Assembly: GCF_039541115.1 (NCBI RefSeq)
Contig: NZ_BAABFP010000002.1
Span: forward strand, 1,178,001-1,242,000
DNA length: 64,000 bases
DNA from: Angustibacter luteus
Lineage (GTDB): Bacteria; Actinomycetota; Actinomycetes; Actinomycetales; Angustibacteraceae
Direction: 5' to 3'
Below the pieces are notes generated by a model. That model had not been told where the DNA came from, did not search any database, and worked only from the letters and a program-made list of their open reading frames with translations. Positions within the stretch are counted from its first letter, which is position 1. Each line of letters starts with the position of its first letter. This document shows positions 9,502-20,485 of the stretch, piece by piece. Made by a program: the position numbers and the translations under genes.

Positions 9502-11171
9502 GAGCCCACTCCCTGCGTCTCGGCGACTGCCTCGTACTCGGTCTGCAGGGCGCCGTCCTCGTCCAGCCGCGCAGTGAGGTGACCGCGCCAGGCCGGGTCG
9601 CGCTCGGGGAAGTCCGACCGCAGGTGCCCCCCGCGGGTCTCCGTGCGCAGCGACGCCAGTTCGGTGAGCAGCGAGCCCACCTGGTGCAGGTTGGTGCTCT
9701 CCCAGGCCGGCGCGGTGGGCTCGGACGTCGCCTCACCGGCCAGCGCGGCGAGCTCGGACGCGGTGCGCCGCAACGACTCCGCGCTGCGCAGCGCGCCGGC
9801 CCCGGACGTCATCGCCTGCTGGACGTCGACCCGCCGGGCCGCGTCGAGCAGCGTCCGCGGGGTGTCGACCTCGACCGGGTCGACCGGCGCCAGGTCGCCG
9901 TCGGCGAGCCGGTCGGTCAGGTCGTCGGCGATGCGGTGCGCGAAGACCAGCCCCTCCAGCAGGGAGTTCGAAGCCAGCCGGTTGGCGCCGTGCACCCCGG
10001 AGCAGGCCACCTCGCCGCAGGCGTACAGGCCCTCCAGGCTCGAACGGCCGCGCAGGTCCGTGGCCACCCCACCGCTGGCGTAGTGCTGCGCAGGCGCGAC
10101 GGGTAGCAGGTCGGTCGCGGGATCGAACCCGAGCGAGCGGCAGCGCTCGACGATCGACGGGAAGCGGTGCTCCAGGAAGTCCGCGCCGAGGTGCCGGGCG
10201 TCCAGGTAGACGTGCTGGGTGCCGTCGGCGCGCATCCGCTCCACGATGGCCCGGGACACCACGTCGCGCGGCGCCAGGTCGGCGAGCTCGTGCACATCGG
10301 TCATGAACCGGCGCCCGGCGCTGTCGACCAGGAACGCGCCCTCGCCCCGCACGGCCTCGCTGATCAGCGGCTGCTGGCCGATCGCTCCTGGCCCCAGCCA
10401 CAGCACGGTCGGGTGGAACTGGACGAACTCCAGGTCGCGCACCTGCGCGCCGGAGCGCAGCGCCGCCGCGACCCCGTCACCGGTCGCCACGGACGGGTTG
10501 GTCGTCGAGGAGTACACCTGCCCCAGACCGCCGGTGGCCAGGACGACGGCCCGCGCGGTGGCCGCGCCGACGCCGTCCCGCTGGCCCTCGCCGAGCACGT
10601 GCAGGGTGACCCCGCAGACCCGACCGGTGGCCGACTGCAGCAGGTCCACGACCATGGCGTGCTCCACGACCTCGATGCCCGGGTCGTGCCGCACCGCGTC
10701 GAGCGCGGCGATCAGCGCACGGCTGATCTCCTTGCCGGTGGCGTCGCCGCCGGCGTGCGCGATCCGGTCCCGGTGGTGGCCGCCCTCACGGGTCAGCGCG
10801 ATCTCGCCGTCCGGCGTCCGGTCGAACTCCGCGCCCAGGGCCACGAGCTCACGCACCCGGGCGGGCCCCTCGGTGACCAGCGCCGTGACCGCAGCCACGT
10901 CGCACACCCCGGCCCCGGCCACCAAGGTGTCCTCCAGGTGCTCGGCGGGTGAGTCGGCCGGGTCCAGCGCGGCCGCGATGCCACCTTGCGCCCACCGGGT
11001 CGAGCCCTCGTCCAGCACCGTCTTGGTGACCAGCAGCACGCGCTCCACGCGCTGCCGCAGCCGCAGCGCGCAGGTGAGGCCGGCGATGCCCGAGCCGACC
11101 ACGACCACGTCGGCGTGCGTCGTCCAGCCGGGTGGCGGCGCGACCAGGCGCCGGGCCAGGGTCAGGGTCAT
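9498..11171 (-). CDS. nadB: L-aspartate oxidase
   Basis: [37 protein letters not shown] and [15 protein letters not shown]. Confidence 0.96.
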   Translation of the reverse strand: MTLTLARRLVAPPPGWTTHADVVVVGSGIAGLTCALRLRQRVERVLLVTKTVLDEGSTRWAQGGIAAALDPADSPAEHLEDTLVAGAGVCDVAAVTALVTEGPARVRELVALGAEFDRTPDGEIALTREGGHHRDRIAHAGGDATGKEISRALIAALDAVRHDPGIEVVEHAMVVDLLQSATGRVCGVTLHVLGEGQRDGVGAATARAVVLATGGLGQVYSSTTNPSVATGDGVAAALRSGAQVRDLEFVQFHPTVLWLGPGAIGQQPLISEAVRGEGAFLVDSAGRRFMTDVHELADLAPRDVVSRAIVERMRADGTQHVYLDARHLGADFLEHRFPSIVERCRSLGFDPATDLLPVAPAQHYASGGVATDLRGRSSLEGLYACGEVACSGVHGANRLASNSLLEGLVFAHRIADDLTDRLADGDLAPVDPVEVDTPRTLLDAARRVDVQQAMTSGAGALRSAESLRRTASELAALAGEATSEPTAPAWESTNLHQVGSLLTELASLRTETRGGHLRSDFPERDPAWRGHLTARLDEDGALQTEYEAVAETQGVGS

Positions 11172-12091
11172 GCGTCGCCCGTCGCAGGCTCGTCGGCGGG
11201 CACGAGACCGTTGCCGGAGAACGACTCCAGCGGTCCGCCGCCCGGCCCCAACCGCACCGGTAGGTTGTCGATGAGCCGGGTCGTGCCGACCCGCGCGGCG
11301 ACCGCGAGCAGTGCCTCACCGCGGTACCACTCCGGGACGTCGAGCAGGTTCTCCGGGTGGACCAGCACCAGGTAGTCGACCAGGGCCAGCGGCTCGGCCA
11401 CCAGCTCGGTGCGGGCGGCCCGGCGTACCGCGCTGGGACCCTCGGCCGCGATCGCCGCCCCCGCCCGCAGCGCGCGGGACAGCGCCAGCGCCACCTCGCG
11501 GTCGCTGTCCGTCAGGTAGATGTTGCGGCTGCTCATGGCCAGGTCGTCGGGCTCGCGCACGGTCGGCACCGCGACCACCTCGACCGGGAAGTCGAGGTCC
11601 CGCACCATGCGCCGGATCAGCAGCAGCTGCTGGGCGTCCTTCTGCCCGTAGTAGGCGAGGTCAGGGCGGATCAGGTGCAGCAGCTTGCCGACGACGGTGA
11701 GCACCCCGTCGAAGTGACCCGCCCGGGCCTGGCCCTCGAGCACGTCGCCCAACGGACCGGCGCTGACCCGGACGCCGGGGTCGCCGTCCGGGTAGACGAC
11801 GTCCGGGGTGGGCATGAAGACCAGGTCGACCCCCTCGCGGGCGCAGATCTCCAGGTCGCTGTCCACGGTGCGCGGGTAGCGGGACAGGTCCTCGCGCGGC
11901 CCGAACTGCAACGGGTTCAGGAAGATCGTCACGACGACGTGCCGGGCCCGCCGGCGGGCCTCGCGGATGAGGGCAGCGTGCCCCTCGTGCAGCGCGCCCA
12001 TCGTCATCACGACGGCCACCTCGCCGTCGTCGAGGGCGGCGCGCGCCGGGCCGAGCCCGGCGCGGGTGTGCACGACGGCGGGCTGGTTCAC
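11168..12091 (-). CDS. panC: Pantoate--beta-alanine ligase
   Basis: [28 protein letters not shown] and TRLIDN. Confidence 0.97.
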   Translation of the reverse strand: MNQPAVVHTRAGLGPARAALDDGEVAVVMTMGALHEGHAALIREARRRARHVVVTIFLNPLQFGPREDLSRYPRTVDSDLEICAREGVDLVFMPTPDVVYPDGDPGVRVSAGPLGDVLEGQARAGHFDGVLTVVGKLLHLIRPDLAYYGQKDAQQLLLIRRMVRDLDFPVEVVAVPTVREPDDLAMSSRNIYLTDSDREVALALSRALRAGAAIAAEGPSAVRRAARTELVAEPLALVDYLVLVHPENLLDVPEWYRGEALLAVAARVGTTRLIDNLPVRLGPGGGPLESFSGNGLVPADEPATGDA

Positions 12092-13011
12092 GAGGTCTCC
12101 TTCGGGCTGGCCAGGACGTCGAGCAGGTTGGCGGCGGCGACGGCACCGAGCCGGTCGTCCGCCAGGGCGCGCACGGCGGTCGCGCGGGCCATGGCGACGT
12201 AGCTGGCGAGCACGTCGGGGGTCTCGGTGGCCAGCTCGGCCAGGTGCGCCGCGACGGTGCCGGCGTCACCGCGCGAGACGGGGCCGGTGACGGCGGCGTC
12301 GCCGGAGCGCAGCGCGCCGTCCAGGGCGGCCGACAGGAGCGGGGCGAGCACGCGGTCCGGCGCCTCGATCCCGGTGTGCCGCAACACCTGCAGGGCCTGC
12401 GCCACCAGCGTGACCAGGTGGTTCGACCCGTGTGCGAGCGCCGCGTGGTAGCGGGCCCGGTCGGCCTCGGCGACCCAGACCGGCTCGGCGCCCATCTCGA
12501 CGACGAGGGCCTCGGCCATCGGGCGGACCGGGTCGGCGGCGGTCACCCCGAAGCAGCAGCCGCTCAGCCGCTCCAGGTCGATCGCGGTGCCGGTGAACGT
12601 CATCGCCGGGTGCAGGGCCAGCGGGATCGCGTGCTGCTCGGCGGCCGGGTCGAGGACCGCGACCCCGTACCGGCCGCTGGTGTGCACCACGATCTGACCC
12701 GCCGGCCAGGCACCCGTGTCGGCCAGACCGCGCACCAGGGCGGGGAGCTCGTCGTCCGGGACGGTCAGCAGCACCAGGTCGGCGGCGCGGACGACGTCGG
12801 GGACCTGGCGCAGCGGCACGCCGGGCAGCAGGGCGGCGGCCCGCTCGGTCGAGGCGCGGCTGACCGCGCTGGCCGCGACCACCCGGTGCCCGGCGCGGGC
12901 CAGGGCGGCGCCCAGCACCGCGCCGACGCGCCCGGCACCGACCACGCCGACGTCCAGCCGGGCGGGTCGTTGACCTGCCGGCCGCGCGGCGTCGCCGTCG
13001 AGCCCGTTCAC
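12088..13011 (-). CDS. Rossmann-like + DUF2520 oxidoreductase (PanG-type ketopantoate reductase candidate)
   Basis: VGAGRVG, VHTSG, LHPAMTF, YHAAL and TGPVSRGD. Directly upstream of panC with a GTGA overlap. Confidence 0.9.
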   Translation of the reverse strand: MNGLDGDAARPAGQRPARLDVGVVGAGRVGAVLGAALARAGHRVVAASAVSRASTERAAALLPGVPLRQVPDVVRAADLVLLTVPDDELPALVRGLADTGAWPAGQIVVHTSGRYGVAVLDPAAEQHAIPLALHPAMTFTGTAIDLERLSGCCFGVTAADPVRPMAEALVVEMGAEPVWVAEADRARYHAALAHGSNHLVTLVAQALQVLRHTGIEAPDRVLAPLLSAALDGALRSGDAAVTGPVSRGDAGTVAAHLAELATETPDVLASYVAMARATAVRALADDRLGAVAAANLLDVLASPKETS

Positions 13012-13075
13012 AGGCAGGAACGCTAGCGCGCGACGTTCGACGGACTCGCGGCGCCGTGCTCGCTAGGCTCGCGCC

Positions 13076-13798
13076 ATGGGACGCCACGAGCGGTTGGTCG
13101 ACCTCGCGGACGTCGACTCGGACGGGCTCGTGGTCGCCGACCTCGGCTGCGGCACGGGCCGCACGGTGCGGCGGCTGCTGGCCGGGGAGCACGTGCCGGC
13201 CACCGTGCACGCGGTGGACCAGGCGGTCGACCTGGACGACGACCTGCTGGCCGACCCGCGGGTCGTGTCGCGCGTCGCCGACCTCGACGAGCCGCTGCCG
13301 TTCGCGGACGCCGCGGTGGACCGGATCGTGTCGATGAACGTGGCCGAGAGCCTGGCCGATCCGGCGCAGTTCCTGCGCGAGTGCGCCCGGGTGCTGCGAC
13401 CGGGCGGCCTCGCCGTGATCGGGCACACCGACTTCGACACCGCGCTGTTCACCAGCGACGACGACGCGCTCACCCGCCTGCTGGTGGACCGCTTCGTGGC
13501 TGTCGTCCCGGACTGGCAGGTGCGCGCCGACGGCTTCATGGGCCGCAAGCTCCTCTGGCTCGCCACCGACTCGCCGTTCGAGCTGCTGGGTGTGCACTCC
13601 TGGGCGGACGCGCACCGCCGCTTCGACGAGGGCTCGCTGGCCTGGAAGATCGCGATGGGGATGGTGGCGGCGGCGGCCGACGACCCAGACCTGTCGGGGC
13701 GCGCCGCGGCGTGGATCGGGTCCGTGCGGCGGCTGGCCGACGAGGGCCGGTTCCTGTTCGCCGTCACGGACGTCGTCGTCGTCCTGCGTCGACCGTGA
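13076..13798 (+). CDS. Class I SAM-dependent methyltransferase
   Basis: VADLGCGTG, LPFADAAVD and ARVLRPGG. Confidence 0.88.
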   Translation: MGRHERLVDLADVDSDGLVVADLGCGTGRTVRRLLAGEHVPATVHAVDQAVDLDDDLLADPRVVSRVADLDEPLPFADAAVDRIVSMNVAESLADPAQFLRECARVLRPGGLAVIGHTDFDTALFTSDDDALTRLLVDRFVAVVPDWQVRADGFMGRKLLWLATDSPFELLGVHSWADAHRRFDEGSLAWKIAMGMVAAAADDPDLSGRAAAWIGSVRRLADEGRFLFAVTDVVVVLRRP

Positions 13799-14799
13799 TC
13801 ACGTTCGAGACCGCGTGGCAGCAGGCGCTCTACGGCCCTGCCGGGTTCTACCGGCGCGCCGAACCGGCCGAGCACTTCCGGACGTCGGTCGGCGCGGGGC
13901 GGTTGCTGGCATCGGCGGTGGCGCGACTGGCCGAGGGCGCTGGCCTGCACCGGGTCGTGGACGTCGGTAGCGGGCGCGGGGCACTGCTGGCCGACCTGCA
14001 CGCGCTGGCGCCCGGGCTCGACCTGGTCGGGGTGGACGTCGTCCCGCGCCCGGCCGCGCTGCCGGACCGCATCGAGTGGGTGCAGTCCCCCGGCGGCGCG
14101 GCGCTGCCCGCCGGGCTGCCGCTCGACGGCGCCCTGGTGCTCGCGCACGAGTGGCTGGACGACGTCCCGTGCCCGGTCGTCGAGCGCGACGAGGACGGGC
14201 GGTGGCGGACGGTCCTGGTCGAGCCCGGGAGCTGGTCGCGCACCCTCGGCGCCGCACCCTCGCCGGCCGAGCTGGAGTGGCTGCACCGCTGGTGGCCGGT
14301 GCCACCGGGTGGCGGCGAACCGGGCGAGCGCGCGGAGGTGGGTCTGGCGCGCGACCGGGCCTGGGCCGAGCTGGTGCGGGCCGCGCCCGCCAGCCTGCTC
14401 GTCGCCGTCGACTACACGCACCACCGGACCGACCGCCCACCCGGCGGCTCCCTGATCGGCTACCGCGACGGCGCGGCCTGCCCGCCCGTGCCGGACGGGG
14501 CCTGCGACGTCACCGCGCACGTCGCGCTGGACGCTGTCGCGGCCGCCGGGACCGCCGCTGGCGCCGCCCGCACCGTGCTCGTCGACCAGCGCACCACGCT
14601 GCGCGCCCTGGGGATCGACGGTCGACTGCCCGACCACGCCCTGGCCGGCACCGATGCCCTCGGGTACCTCGAGGGCGTCACCCGCGCCAGCCAGGCCGCG
14701 GAGCTGCTCGACCCGGCCGGGCTCGGCGGCTTCGGCTGGCTGCTGCAGACGACGCCGGGTGGACAGGCCGACGCCCTGTTGGACATGGTGGGTGGGTGA
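13795..14799 (+). CDS. SAM-dependent methyltransferase, MidA/NDUFAF7 family
   Basis: WQQALYGPAGFY, HFRTSV, VDVGSGRG, AHEWLDDVP, VDY, CDVTAHV and LLDPAGLGGF. GTGA overlap with the previous gene. Confidence 0.88.
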   Translation: MITFETAWQQALYGPAGFYRRAEPAEHFRTSVGAGRLLASAVARLAEGAGLHRVVDVGSGRGALLADLHALAPGLDLVGVDVVPRPAALPDRIEWVQSPGGAALPAGLPLDGALVLAHEWLDDVPCPVVERDEDGRWRTVLVEPGSWSRTLGAAPSPAELEWLHRWWPVPPGGGEPGERAEVGLARDRAWAELVRAAPASLLVAVDYTHHRTDRPPGGSLIGYRDGAACPPVPDGACDVTAHVALDAVAAAGTAAGAARTVLVDQRTTLRALGIDGRLPDHALAGTDALGYLEGVTRASQAAELLDPAGLGGFGWLLQTTPGGQADALLDMVGG

Positions 14800-15374
14800 T
14801 CGACGAGGAACCGACCGGACGACGCCCGGCGCCGACCCTGCTCGCGCTGCTGGTGGCGGCGCCGATGGCCGCCTCGCTGACCGGGTGCTCGGCGGACGGG
14901 CAGGGCGCCGCCTCGCCGACCGTCACCGTGACCACGACGAGCACGCCGAGCGGCACGTCCTCGGCCAGCCCCACCGCGACGTCCGACGTCAAGGGACGCA
15001 CGTTCGACATCGGCACCGTCACGGCCGTCACGACGATCGGCTCCGTGAAGGTCATCGAGCTCGACCGCTGGACGCTGGACGGCACCAGTGATTCGACGCT
15101 CGCCAAGCAGGGCGTGAAGATCGCACCGCACAAGGGGTCGCGGTACACCAACCAGAACACGGCCAAGACCTACACGGCACCCGTCGCGCCCGGGGCGCGG
15201 ATCGTGGTGAACGCGTGCGTGGTGGACGGGTCGGGCGACCTCGGCCTGACGTCCCAGCCGCTCAGCGCCAGCGCCTGGCTGGCGAAGCCGGACACCTCAG
15301 CCGTCCTGCTGGTCCACTACGACAGCACGGGCGCGATCACCCGGATGGACACCGACCCGCGCTGCCCCGGCTGA
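14796..15374 (+). CDS. Putative lipoprotein
   Basis: Hydrophobic signal ending in lipobox LTGC, followed by an S/T-rich linker. GTGA overlap with the previous gene. Confidence 0.75.
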   Translation: MIDEEPTGRRPAPTLLALLVAAPMAASLTGCSADGQGAASPTVTVTTTSTPSGTSSASPTATSDVKGRTFDIGTVTAVTTIGSVKVIELDRWTLDGTSDSTLAKQGVKIAPHKGSRYTNQNTAKTYTAPVAPGARIVVNACVVDGSGDLGLTSQPLSASAWLAKPDTSAVLLVHYDSTGAITRMDTDPRCPG

Positions 15375-15394
15375 CCCGCCGGTCAGTCGCCGGG

Positions 15395-16630
15395 TCAGCC
15401 GGCGAGCCGGACGTGCTCGTAGCCGCGCAGGACGAAGGTCGGACGCCGGACCGGCTCCCCGACCGCGTGCAGCGCGGGGAAGCGGCGCAGCAGCGCCGGG
15501 AGCGACGCCTGCAGCTCGACCCGGGCCAGCGGCGCGCCGAGGCAGAAGTGGATGCCGGCACCGAAGGCCAGGTGCGGGTTCGGGGACCGGTCGGCGACGA
15601 ACCGGTCCGGCTCCTCGAACACCTCGGGGTCGCGGTTCGCCGCGCCCAGCAGGGCCGCAACCTTCGCACCCGCGGCGATTCGCAGCGGGGAGCCGCCCGG
15701 GCCCAGCGGCAGGTCGACGTCCTGCGTCGCGGTGCGCTCGAACAGGTGCAGCGGGGAGTCGTGCCGGAGCATCTCCTCCACTGCCAGGGCGACCAGGGCG
15801 TCATCGGAGACGTTGCGGCGCACCAGGTCCAGCTGGTCCGGCGCTTCGAGCAGGGACACGATCCCGTTGCCGAAACCGTTGACGCTCGCCTCGTGGCCGG
15901 CGTTCAGCAGCAGGACGACGGTCGCCACGAGCTCGTGGTCGTCCAGCCGGTCCCCACCGTCCCGTGCCTGCACGAGGTGGGTCACCAGGTCGTCCGTGGG
16001 GTGCGCGCGCCGGGCGGCCGCCAGCTCCCCGACGTAGTCGGCAAACTCGGCGCTGGCCGTCCGGGCCTGCTGCTCCTGCTCGGCCGTGCGGTCCACCTCG
16101 TACATCTTCACGATGGCCTGCGACCAGGGCCGCAGCAGGTGCTGGTCCGCGGCGGGCCAGCCGAGCAGCTCGGCGATCACCAGCACCGGCAGGGGCTCGG
16201 CGTAGTCGGCGAGCACGTCGAACGACCCGCCTGCGGACTGCGTCTGCTCGCACTCGTCGAGCAGGCCCTCGGCGAGCTCGAGCACCCGCGGCCGCAGCCG
16301 CTCCACGTGCCCACGCCCGAACGCGCCGGCGACCAGCCGGCGCAGCCGCGTGTGCTTGGGCGGTTCGCTGTCCAGGATCGAGTCCGCGTGCAGCCAGTTG
16401 AACGTCGCCCAGTCACCCTCGGGCGCGCGCGGACGGAAGATCCGGCCCAGCCGGCGGTCGCGCAGCACCACGTCGCAGGCCCGGTGCGAGGTGGCCACCG
16501 CGACGCCGAGCGGCTCGTGCCAGGCCAGCGGCGCCTGCTCCCGAGCGCGGGCGAAGCCGGGGTAGGGGTCGCGGACGAAGTTGGGGTCGGAGAGGTCGAA
16601 GGACCTGTCCAGCAACGGGATCCGGCTCAC
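15395..16630 (-). CDS. Cytochrome P450
   Basis: [10 protein letters not shown]-helix NAGHEAS, EEMLR (ExxR) and heme motif [10 protein letters not shown]. Confidence 0.95.
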   Translation of the reverse strand: MSRIPLLDRSFDLSDPNFVRDPYPGFARAREQAPLAWHEPLGVAVATSHRACDVVLRDRRLGRIFRPRAPEGDWATFNWLHADSILDSEPPKHTRLRRLVAGAFGRGHVERLRPRVLELAEGLLDECEQTQSAGGSFDVLADYAEPLPVLVIAELLGWPAADQHLLRPWSQAIVKMYEVDRTAEQEQQARTASAEFADYVGELAAARRAHPTDDLVTHLVQARDGGDRLDDHELVATVVLLLNAGHEASVNGFGNGIVSLLEAPDQLDLVRRNVSDDALVALAVEEMLRHDSPLHLFERTATQDVDLPLGPGGSPLRIAAGAKVAALLGAANRDPEVFEEPDRFVADRSPNPHLAFGAGIHFCLGAPLARVELQASLPALLRRFPALHAVGEPVRRPTFVLRGYEHVRLAG

Positions 16631-18051
16631 GGGGCCTCCATCCAGCGACCCTGGTCGCCGTCCCCCGCGGCGGCCCGCGCGAGCCGCGCCCGGGCCGCCT
16701 GGGCGACCAGCAGGTCCGCGGCGTCCTGGGACTCGAGGTGGGCGACCGCGGGGTGCACCGGCCCGCTCGTCGAGTGCATGTGGAACGAGGCGACCCCGAG
16801 CCGGCGCTGCAGGGGTCCCTGGCTCACGCCGAGGCTCTGCGTGCGGGCGTGCGGGACGACGTCCAGCTCGCGGTGCCAGCGGCCACGGCGCAGCAGCACG
16901 ACGTCGTCGAGCACGTTGACCCCGTGCCGCCGCCAGCTCACCGGGTCCAGCCAGCGAGCCGCGCGTGGTGCGACGACGAAACCGGCCTCGGTCGTCGTCC
17001 CGGTCAGGCCCGCCGAGAGCGCCTGCGGCGTCGGGCCGTCCTCGTCGTGCGGGTCCAGCGCCGGCACGGCCAGCCGCAGCACCAGGAGCGCCTCGGCGCG
17101 CGAACCGACGACCAGCAGCACGTTCTCCTGCTCGGCGGAGTCGTGCCCGGAGTCGCCGTACCCGGCAACGTTCACCGTGAGGCTCCACCAGTCCAGGCGC
17201 CGCCACAGCAAGGGCTGGCGCATCTGGATCGCCTGCACCCGACCCGGCGGAACCGTCTGGGCGCGGGTGGTGAGCAGCCCGTGGTGCAGCCGGATCCCGT
17301 CGGGCGACGTCGCGACCCGGAACCCGAACGTGGAGCTGAACCGGGTCCACTGCGCGCCGACCAGACCGATGAACGCGGACGCGATGATCGCGAGCACGCT
17401 GATCCGTCCGGTGACCGCCACGAGGACGGCGCCGGCCAGGATCGCGATGACCAGGAAGCCGGTCGAGTAGGTCAGCGCCAGCGAGGCGATCACCCGGCCG
17501 ACCGGCACGGCGATGAGCTCGTGCTCCGGCGCGACCGGCGCGACCTCGCCCTCGTACCGGACGCCTGCCGCGCGGGCGAGCAGCACGTTGCGCAGCTCCT
17601 CGGCATCGGACTCGCGCAGCAGGGTCAGCACGATCGCCGAGTCCTTGCCGCCGGCCACCTCGAGCCGCAGCTCGGCCAGCCCGAGGAACCGCCCGAGCAG
17701 CGGCCGGACCACGTCGACCGCCTGCAGGCGGTCCAGCCGGGCGTGCCGTTGCTGGCGGAACAGCACGCCGTAGTGCAGCCGCAGGGTGTCCTCGTCGACC
17801 TGGTAGGCCGCCCGCCGCCACGCGACGAAGCCGTAGAGGGCCGCGACGAGGGCGATGACCACCAAGCCACCCAGGGTGACCAACGCCTCCTGCCGCGACG
17901 GCAGGTTCCCGGAGAACAGCACCTCGCCGCGTTGCTGGGCGACCAGGGCGAGGACGACGGCGACGACCTTCCAGCCGCGCGCCAACGGAGTCAGCGGGTG
18001 CAGCCGCCGCCACCCGTCGTCCGGGTCGAGGGGACTGCGCGGATCGCTCAC
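16627..18051 (-). CDS. Membrane protein with bacterial PH (bPH_2) domains, YdbT-like
   Basis: WRRLHPLTP start, repeated [19 protein letters not shown] and [19 protein letters not shown] units, several TM segments. Confidence 0.88.
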   Translation of the reverse strand: MSDPRSPLDPDDGWRRLHPLTPLARGWKVVAVVLALVAQQRGEVLFSGNLPSRQEALVTLGGLVVIALVAALYGFVAWRRAAYQVDEDTLRLHYGVLFRQQRHARLDRLQAVDVVRPLLGRFLGLAELRLEVAGGKDSAIVLTLLRESDAEELRNVLLARAAGVRYEGEVAPVAPEHELIAVPVGRVIASLALTYSTGFLVIAILAGAVLVAVTGRISVLAIIASAFIGLVGAQWTRFSSTFGFRVATSPDGIRLHHGLLTTRAQTVPPGRVQAIQMRQPLLWRRLDWWSLTVNVAGYGDSGHDSAEQENVLLVVGSRAEALLVLRLAVPALDPHDEDGPTPQALSAGLTGTTTEAGFVVAPRAARWLDPVSWRRHGVNVLDDVVLLRRGRWHRELDVVPHARTQSLGVSQGPLQRRLGVASFHMHSTSGPVHPAVAHLESQDAADLLVAQAARARLARAAAGDGDQGRWMEAP

Positions 18052-18542
18052 AAGCCGGCCAGCCGGGCCTCGCCGCGGCTGGCGAGGCGGTCGCGCAGCC
18101 GCGCCGCCTCGTCCGGCACCAACCCGTCGATGTGCGCGTCCGTTCCCGGTGAGGCGGTGTGCAGCTGGACGGCGGAGTAGCCCAGCAGGCGCGCGAGCGG
18201 GCCGGCCTGGACGTCCACGAACTGCATGCGCCCGTAGGGGACGACGACGATGCTGCGGAACATCACGCCCCGCCGGACCAGCAGGTCGTCCTCGCGCTCG
18301 GCGTAGCCGGTGGCCCGGACCTGGCGCCCGAACAGCCAGGACGACCAGCCGAGGGCGACGACCGGCAGGAGGAGCAGCGCGTACACCCAGGCCGTGCTGG
18401 TCAGGACCGCGACCAGCGCGACCACGATCGCGACCACGAGGCAGCAGGCGGCCGCGATCAGCCGCCGTCCGGTGGCGAGGCGGTCCGAGACCGGTCGCCA
18501 TTCCACGTCGTCCGGGGTGAAGGGCTCGTCATGCAGGGGCAC
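18048..18542 (-). CDS. Small bPH_2 domain membrane protein, YdbS-like
   Basis: [37 protein letters not shown]. Exact start uncertain. Confidence 0.88.
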   Translation of the reverse strand: MPLHDEPFTPDDVEWRPVSDRLATGRRLIAAACCLVVAIVVALVAVLTSTAWVYALLLLPVVALGWSSWLFGRQVRATGYAEREDDLLVRRGVMFRSIVVVPYGRMQFVDVQAGPLARLLGYSAVQLHTASPGTDAHIDGLVPDEAARLRDRLASRGEARLAGL

Positions 18543-18592
18543 CTCGTCATGCTGGCACACTGCGCGCCACCCGGAGTGGCAGACTCGGTCCC

Positions 18593-19774
18593 GTGACGAC
18601 GCCGACCACCGCGCAGCCGGGGCGCGAGCTGACCGTCGGGGTGGGCGCGGGCGGGCTCGCCACCGCGGACATGGTGCTCAACATCGGCCCGCAGCACCCG
18701 GCGACGCACGGCGTGCTGCGGCTGCGGCTGGTCGTGGACGGCGAGCGGATCGTCTCGGCCGACCCGGTCGTCGGCTACATGCACCGCGGCGCCGAGAAGC
18801 TCTTCGAGGTGCGCGACTACCGGCAGATCGTCGTCCTGGCGAACCGGCACGACTGGCTGTCCGCCTTCTCCAACGAGCTGGGCGTCGTCCTGGGCGTCGA
18901 GAAGATGCTCGGCATGGAGGTGCCCGAACGGGCGGTCTGGGCCCGCACCTTGCTCGCCGAGCTGAACCGGGTGCTCAACCACCTGATGTTCCTCGGCGCC
19001 TACCCGCTCGAGCTCGGCGCGATCACCCCGATCTTCTACGCGTTCCGCGAGCGCGAGGAGCTGCAGGCGGTGATGGAGGAGATCAGCGGCGGCCGGATGC
19101 ACTACATGTTCAACCGGGTCGGCGGGCTGAAGGAGGACCTGCCGGCCGGCTGGCTGACTCGGGTGCTGGCGTCGGTCGCCGCGGTGCGCCGGCGGATGCC
19201 GGACCTCGAGGGGATGATCGTCGGCAACGAGATCCTGCGCGCCCGCACGGTGGGGGTGGGCGTGCTGCAGCACGAGGTGGCGGCGTCGTACGGGGTGAGC
19301 GGTCCGATCGCGCGGGCCGGCGGGCTCGACCTGGACCTGCGGCGCGACGAGCCCTACCTGGCGTACGGGGAGCTGTTCGGGCCGGGTGGGCCGGGTCGGG
19401 TGGTGACCCGGACGGCCGGTGACGCGCTGGCCCGGCTGGAGTGCCTGCTGGAGCAGGTGCACGTGTCGCTCGACCTGGTCGTGGCGTGCGTCGAGCGGTT
19501 GCGCTCGCTGCCGGCCGGTCCGGTGAACCAGCGGCTGCCCAAGGTGCTGCGGGTCCCCGAGGGACACGCCTACACCTGGACCGAGAACCCCCTGGGGCTG
19601 AACGGCTACTACCTGGTCTCGCGCGGCGACAAGGTGCCGTACCGGCTCAAGCTGCGCTCGGCGTCGTTCGGCAACGTGCAGGTGCTCTCGCGGCTGCTGC
19701 CCGGGTGCCTGATCTCCGACATGGTCGCCGTCCTGGGCTCGATGTTCTTCGTCGTCGGCGACGTCGACAAGTAG
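18593..19774 (+). CDS. nuoD: NADH-quinone oxidoreductase subunit D (stand-alone second copy)
   Basis: [30 protein letters not shown] and FVVGDVDK C-terminus. No other nuo genes are adjacent. Confidence 0.93.
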   Translation: MTTPTTAQPGRELTVGVGAGGLATADMVLNIGPQHPATHGVLRLRLVVDGERIVSADPVVGYMHRGAEKLFEVRDYRQIVVLANRHDWLSAFSNELGVVLGVEKMLGMEVPERAVWARTLLAELNRVLNHLMFLGAYPLELGAITPIFYAFREREELQAVMEEISGGRMHYMFNRVGGLKEDLPAGWLTRVLASVAAVRRRMPDLEGMIVGNEILRARTVGVGVLQHEVAASYGVSGPIARAGGLDLDLRRDEPYLAYGELFGPGGPGRVVTRTAGDALARLECLLEQVHVSLDLVVACVERLRSLPAGPVNQRLPKVLRVPEGHAYTWTENPLGLNGYYLVSRGDKVPYRLKLRSASFGNVQVLSRLLPGCLISDMVAVLGSMFFVVGDVDK

Positions 19775-19785
19775 CCCCGACCCCA

Positions 19786-19858
19786 CGCTTCCGCCACTCA
19801 GGCCGGTTTCCGCCACTCAGGCCGGTCTCGGGCATGCGAAAGCGGCTTGAGCGGCGGA
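19786..19858. repeat. Dispersed REP-like palindromic element, family A, copy 2
   Basis: TTCCGCCACTCAGGCCGGT twice in exact tandem, then inverted ...AAAGCGGCTTGAGCGGCGGA. Confidence 0.72.
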
Positions 19859-19875
19859 GGTGGGACTGGGGTGGG

Positions 19876-20358
19876 TCAGGCGGTGTGGCGGCCGTGGTAC
19901 TCGTGAACCCCAGCACCCTCAGCGGCGGCGAGGTCGACCACGGCGGCCTGCTCGCGCTCGGCGTCCTCACCGGCGAACACCGCGTCGTGGATCTCCTCCA
20001 CGGCCATCGGGAAGAGCTTGACCACCGGGTGCGGCATGGTGTCGACGAGCGGGTCCGGGCTGGACGCGACCTGGACGACGGCGAGCCGGGCCCCCTGCAC
20101 CACCATCGGTGCCGCTGGCAGCTGGCGGGCGCTCACGAGAGCATCCGGAGCGGCCTCCGCGACGAGGACGCGACTGCTCTCGTCCGCCTCGACGGTCCCG
20201 ACGGCCGGCAGCACGGGAGCGGACACCGACTCCTGGACGCCGAGGGCAACGTCGGCGAGACGGTGCCGACCGGCGTAGCCACGCCCGACGGCGCTGGACA
20301 GCACGGCGACGACGAGCCGCCAACGCAGGCCACGCCTGCCACGATGCATACCGGTCAC
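19876..20358 (-). CDS. Hypothetical protein
   Basis: GC3-biased frame. TACCAT -10-like hexamer 6 nt before GTG 20358. No recognisable family. Confidence 0.5.
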   Translation of the reverse strand: MTGMHRGRRGLRWRLVVAVLSSAVGRGYAGRHRLADVALGVQESVSAPVLPAVGTVEADESSRVLVAEAAPDALVSARQLPAAPMVVQGARLAVVQVASSPDPLVDTMPHPVVKLFPMAVEEIHDAVFAGEDAEREQAAVVDLAAAEGAGVHEYHGRHTA

Positions 20359-20485
20359 GGGCCGATGGTAGGCCGTCACAGGAGTCACACGCGTCACTCT
20401 GGTCGGCGTGTCGCGCACGATCACTCGGCTGGGCCCCACCGCCACCCGGGAGGTCACGCTGAGTCGTCCGTGCGATCCTGCCGAG

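Noticed and set aside
19786..19858. Tandem 19-mers as a possible mini-CRISPR array
   Set aside because: The repeats are directly adjacent with no spacers, are too short, and there are no cas genes in the window.
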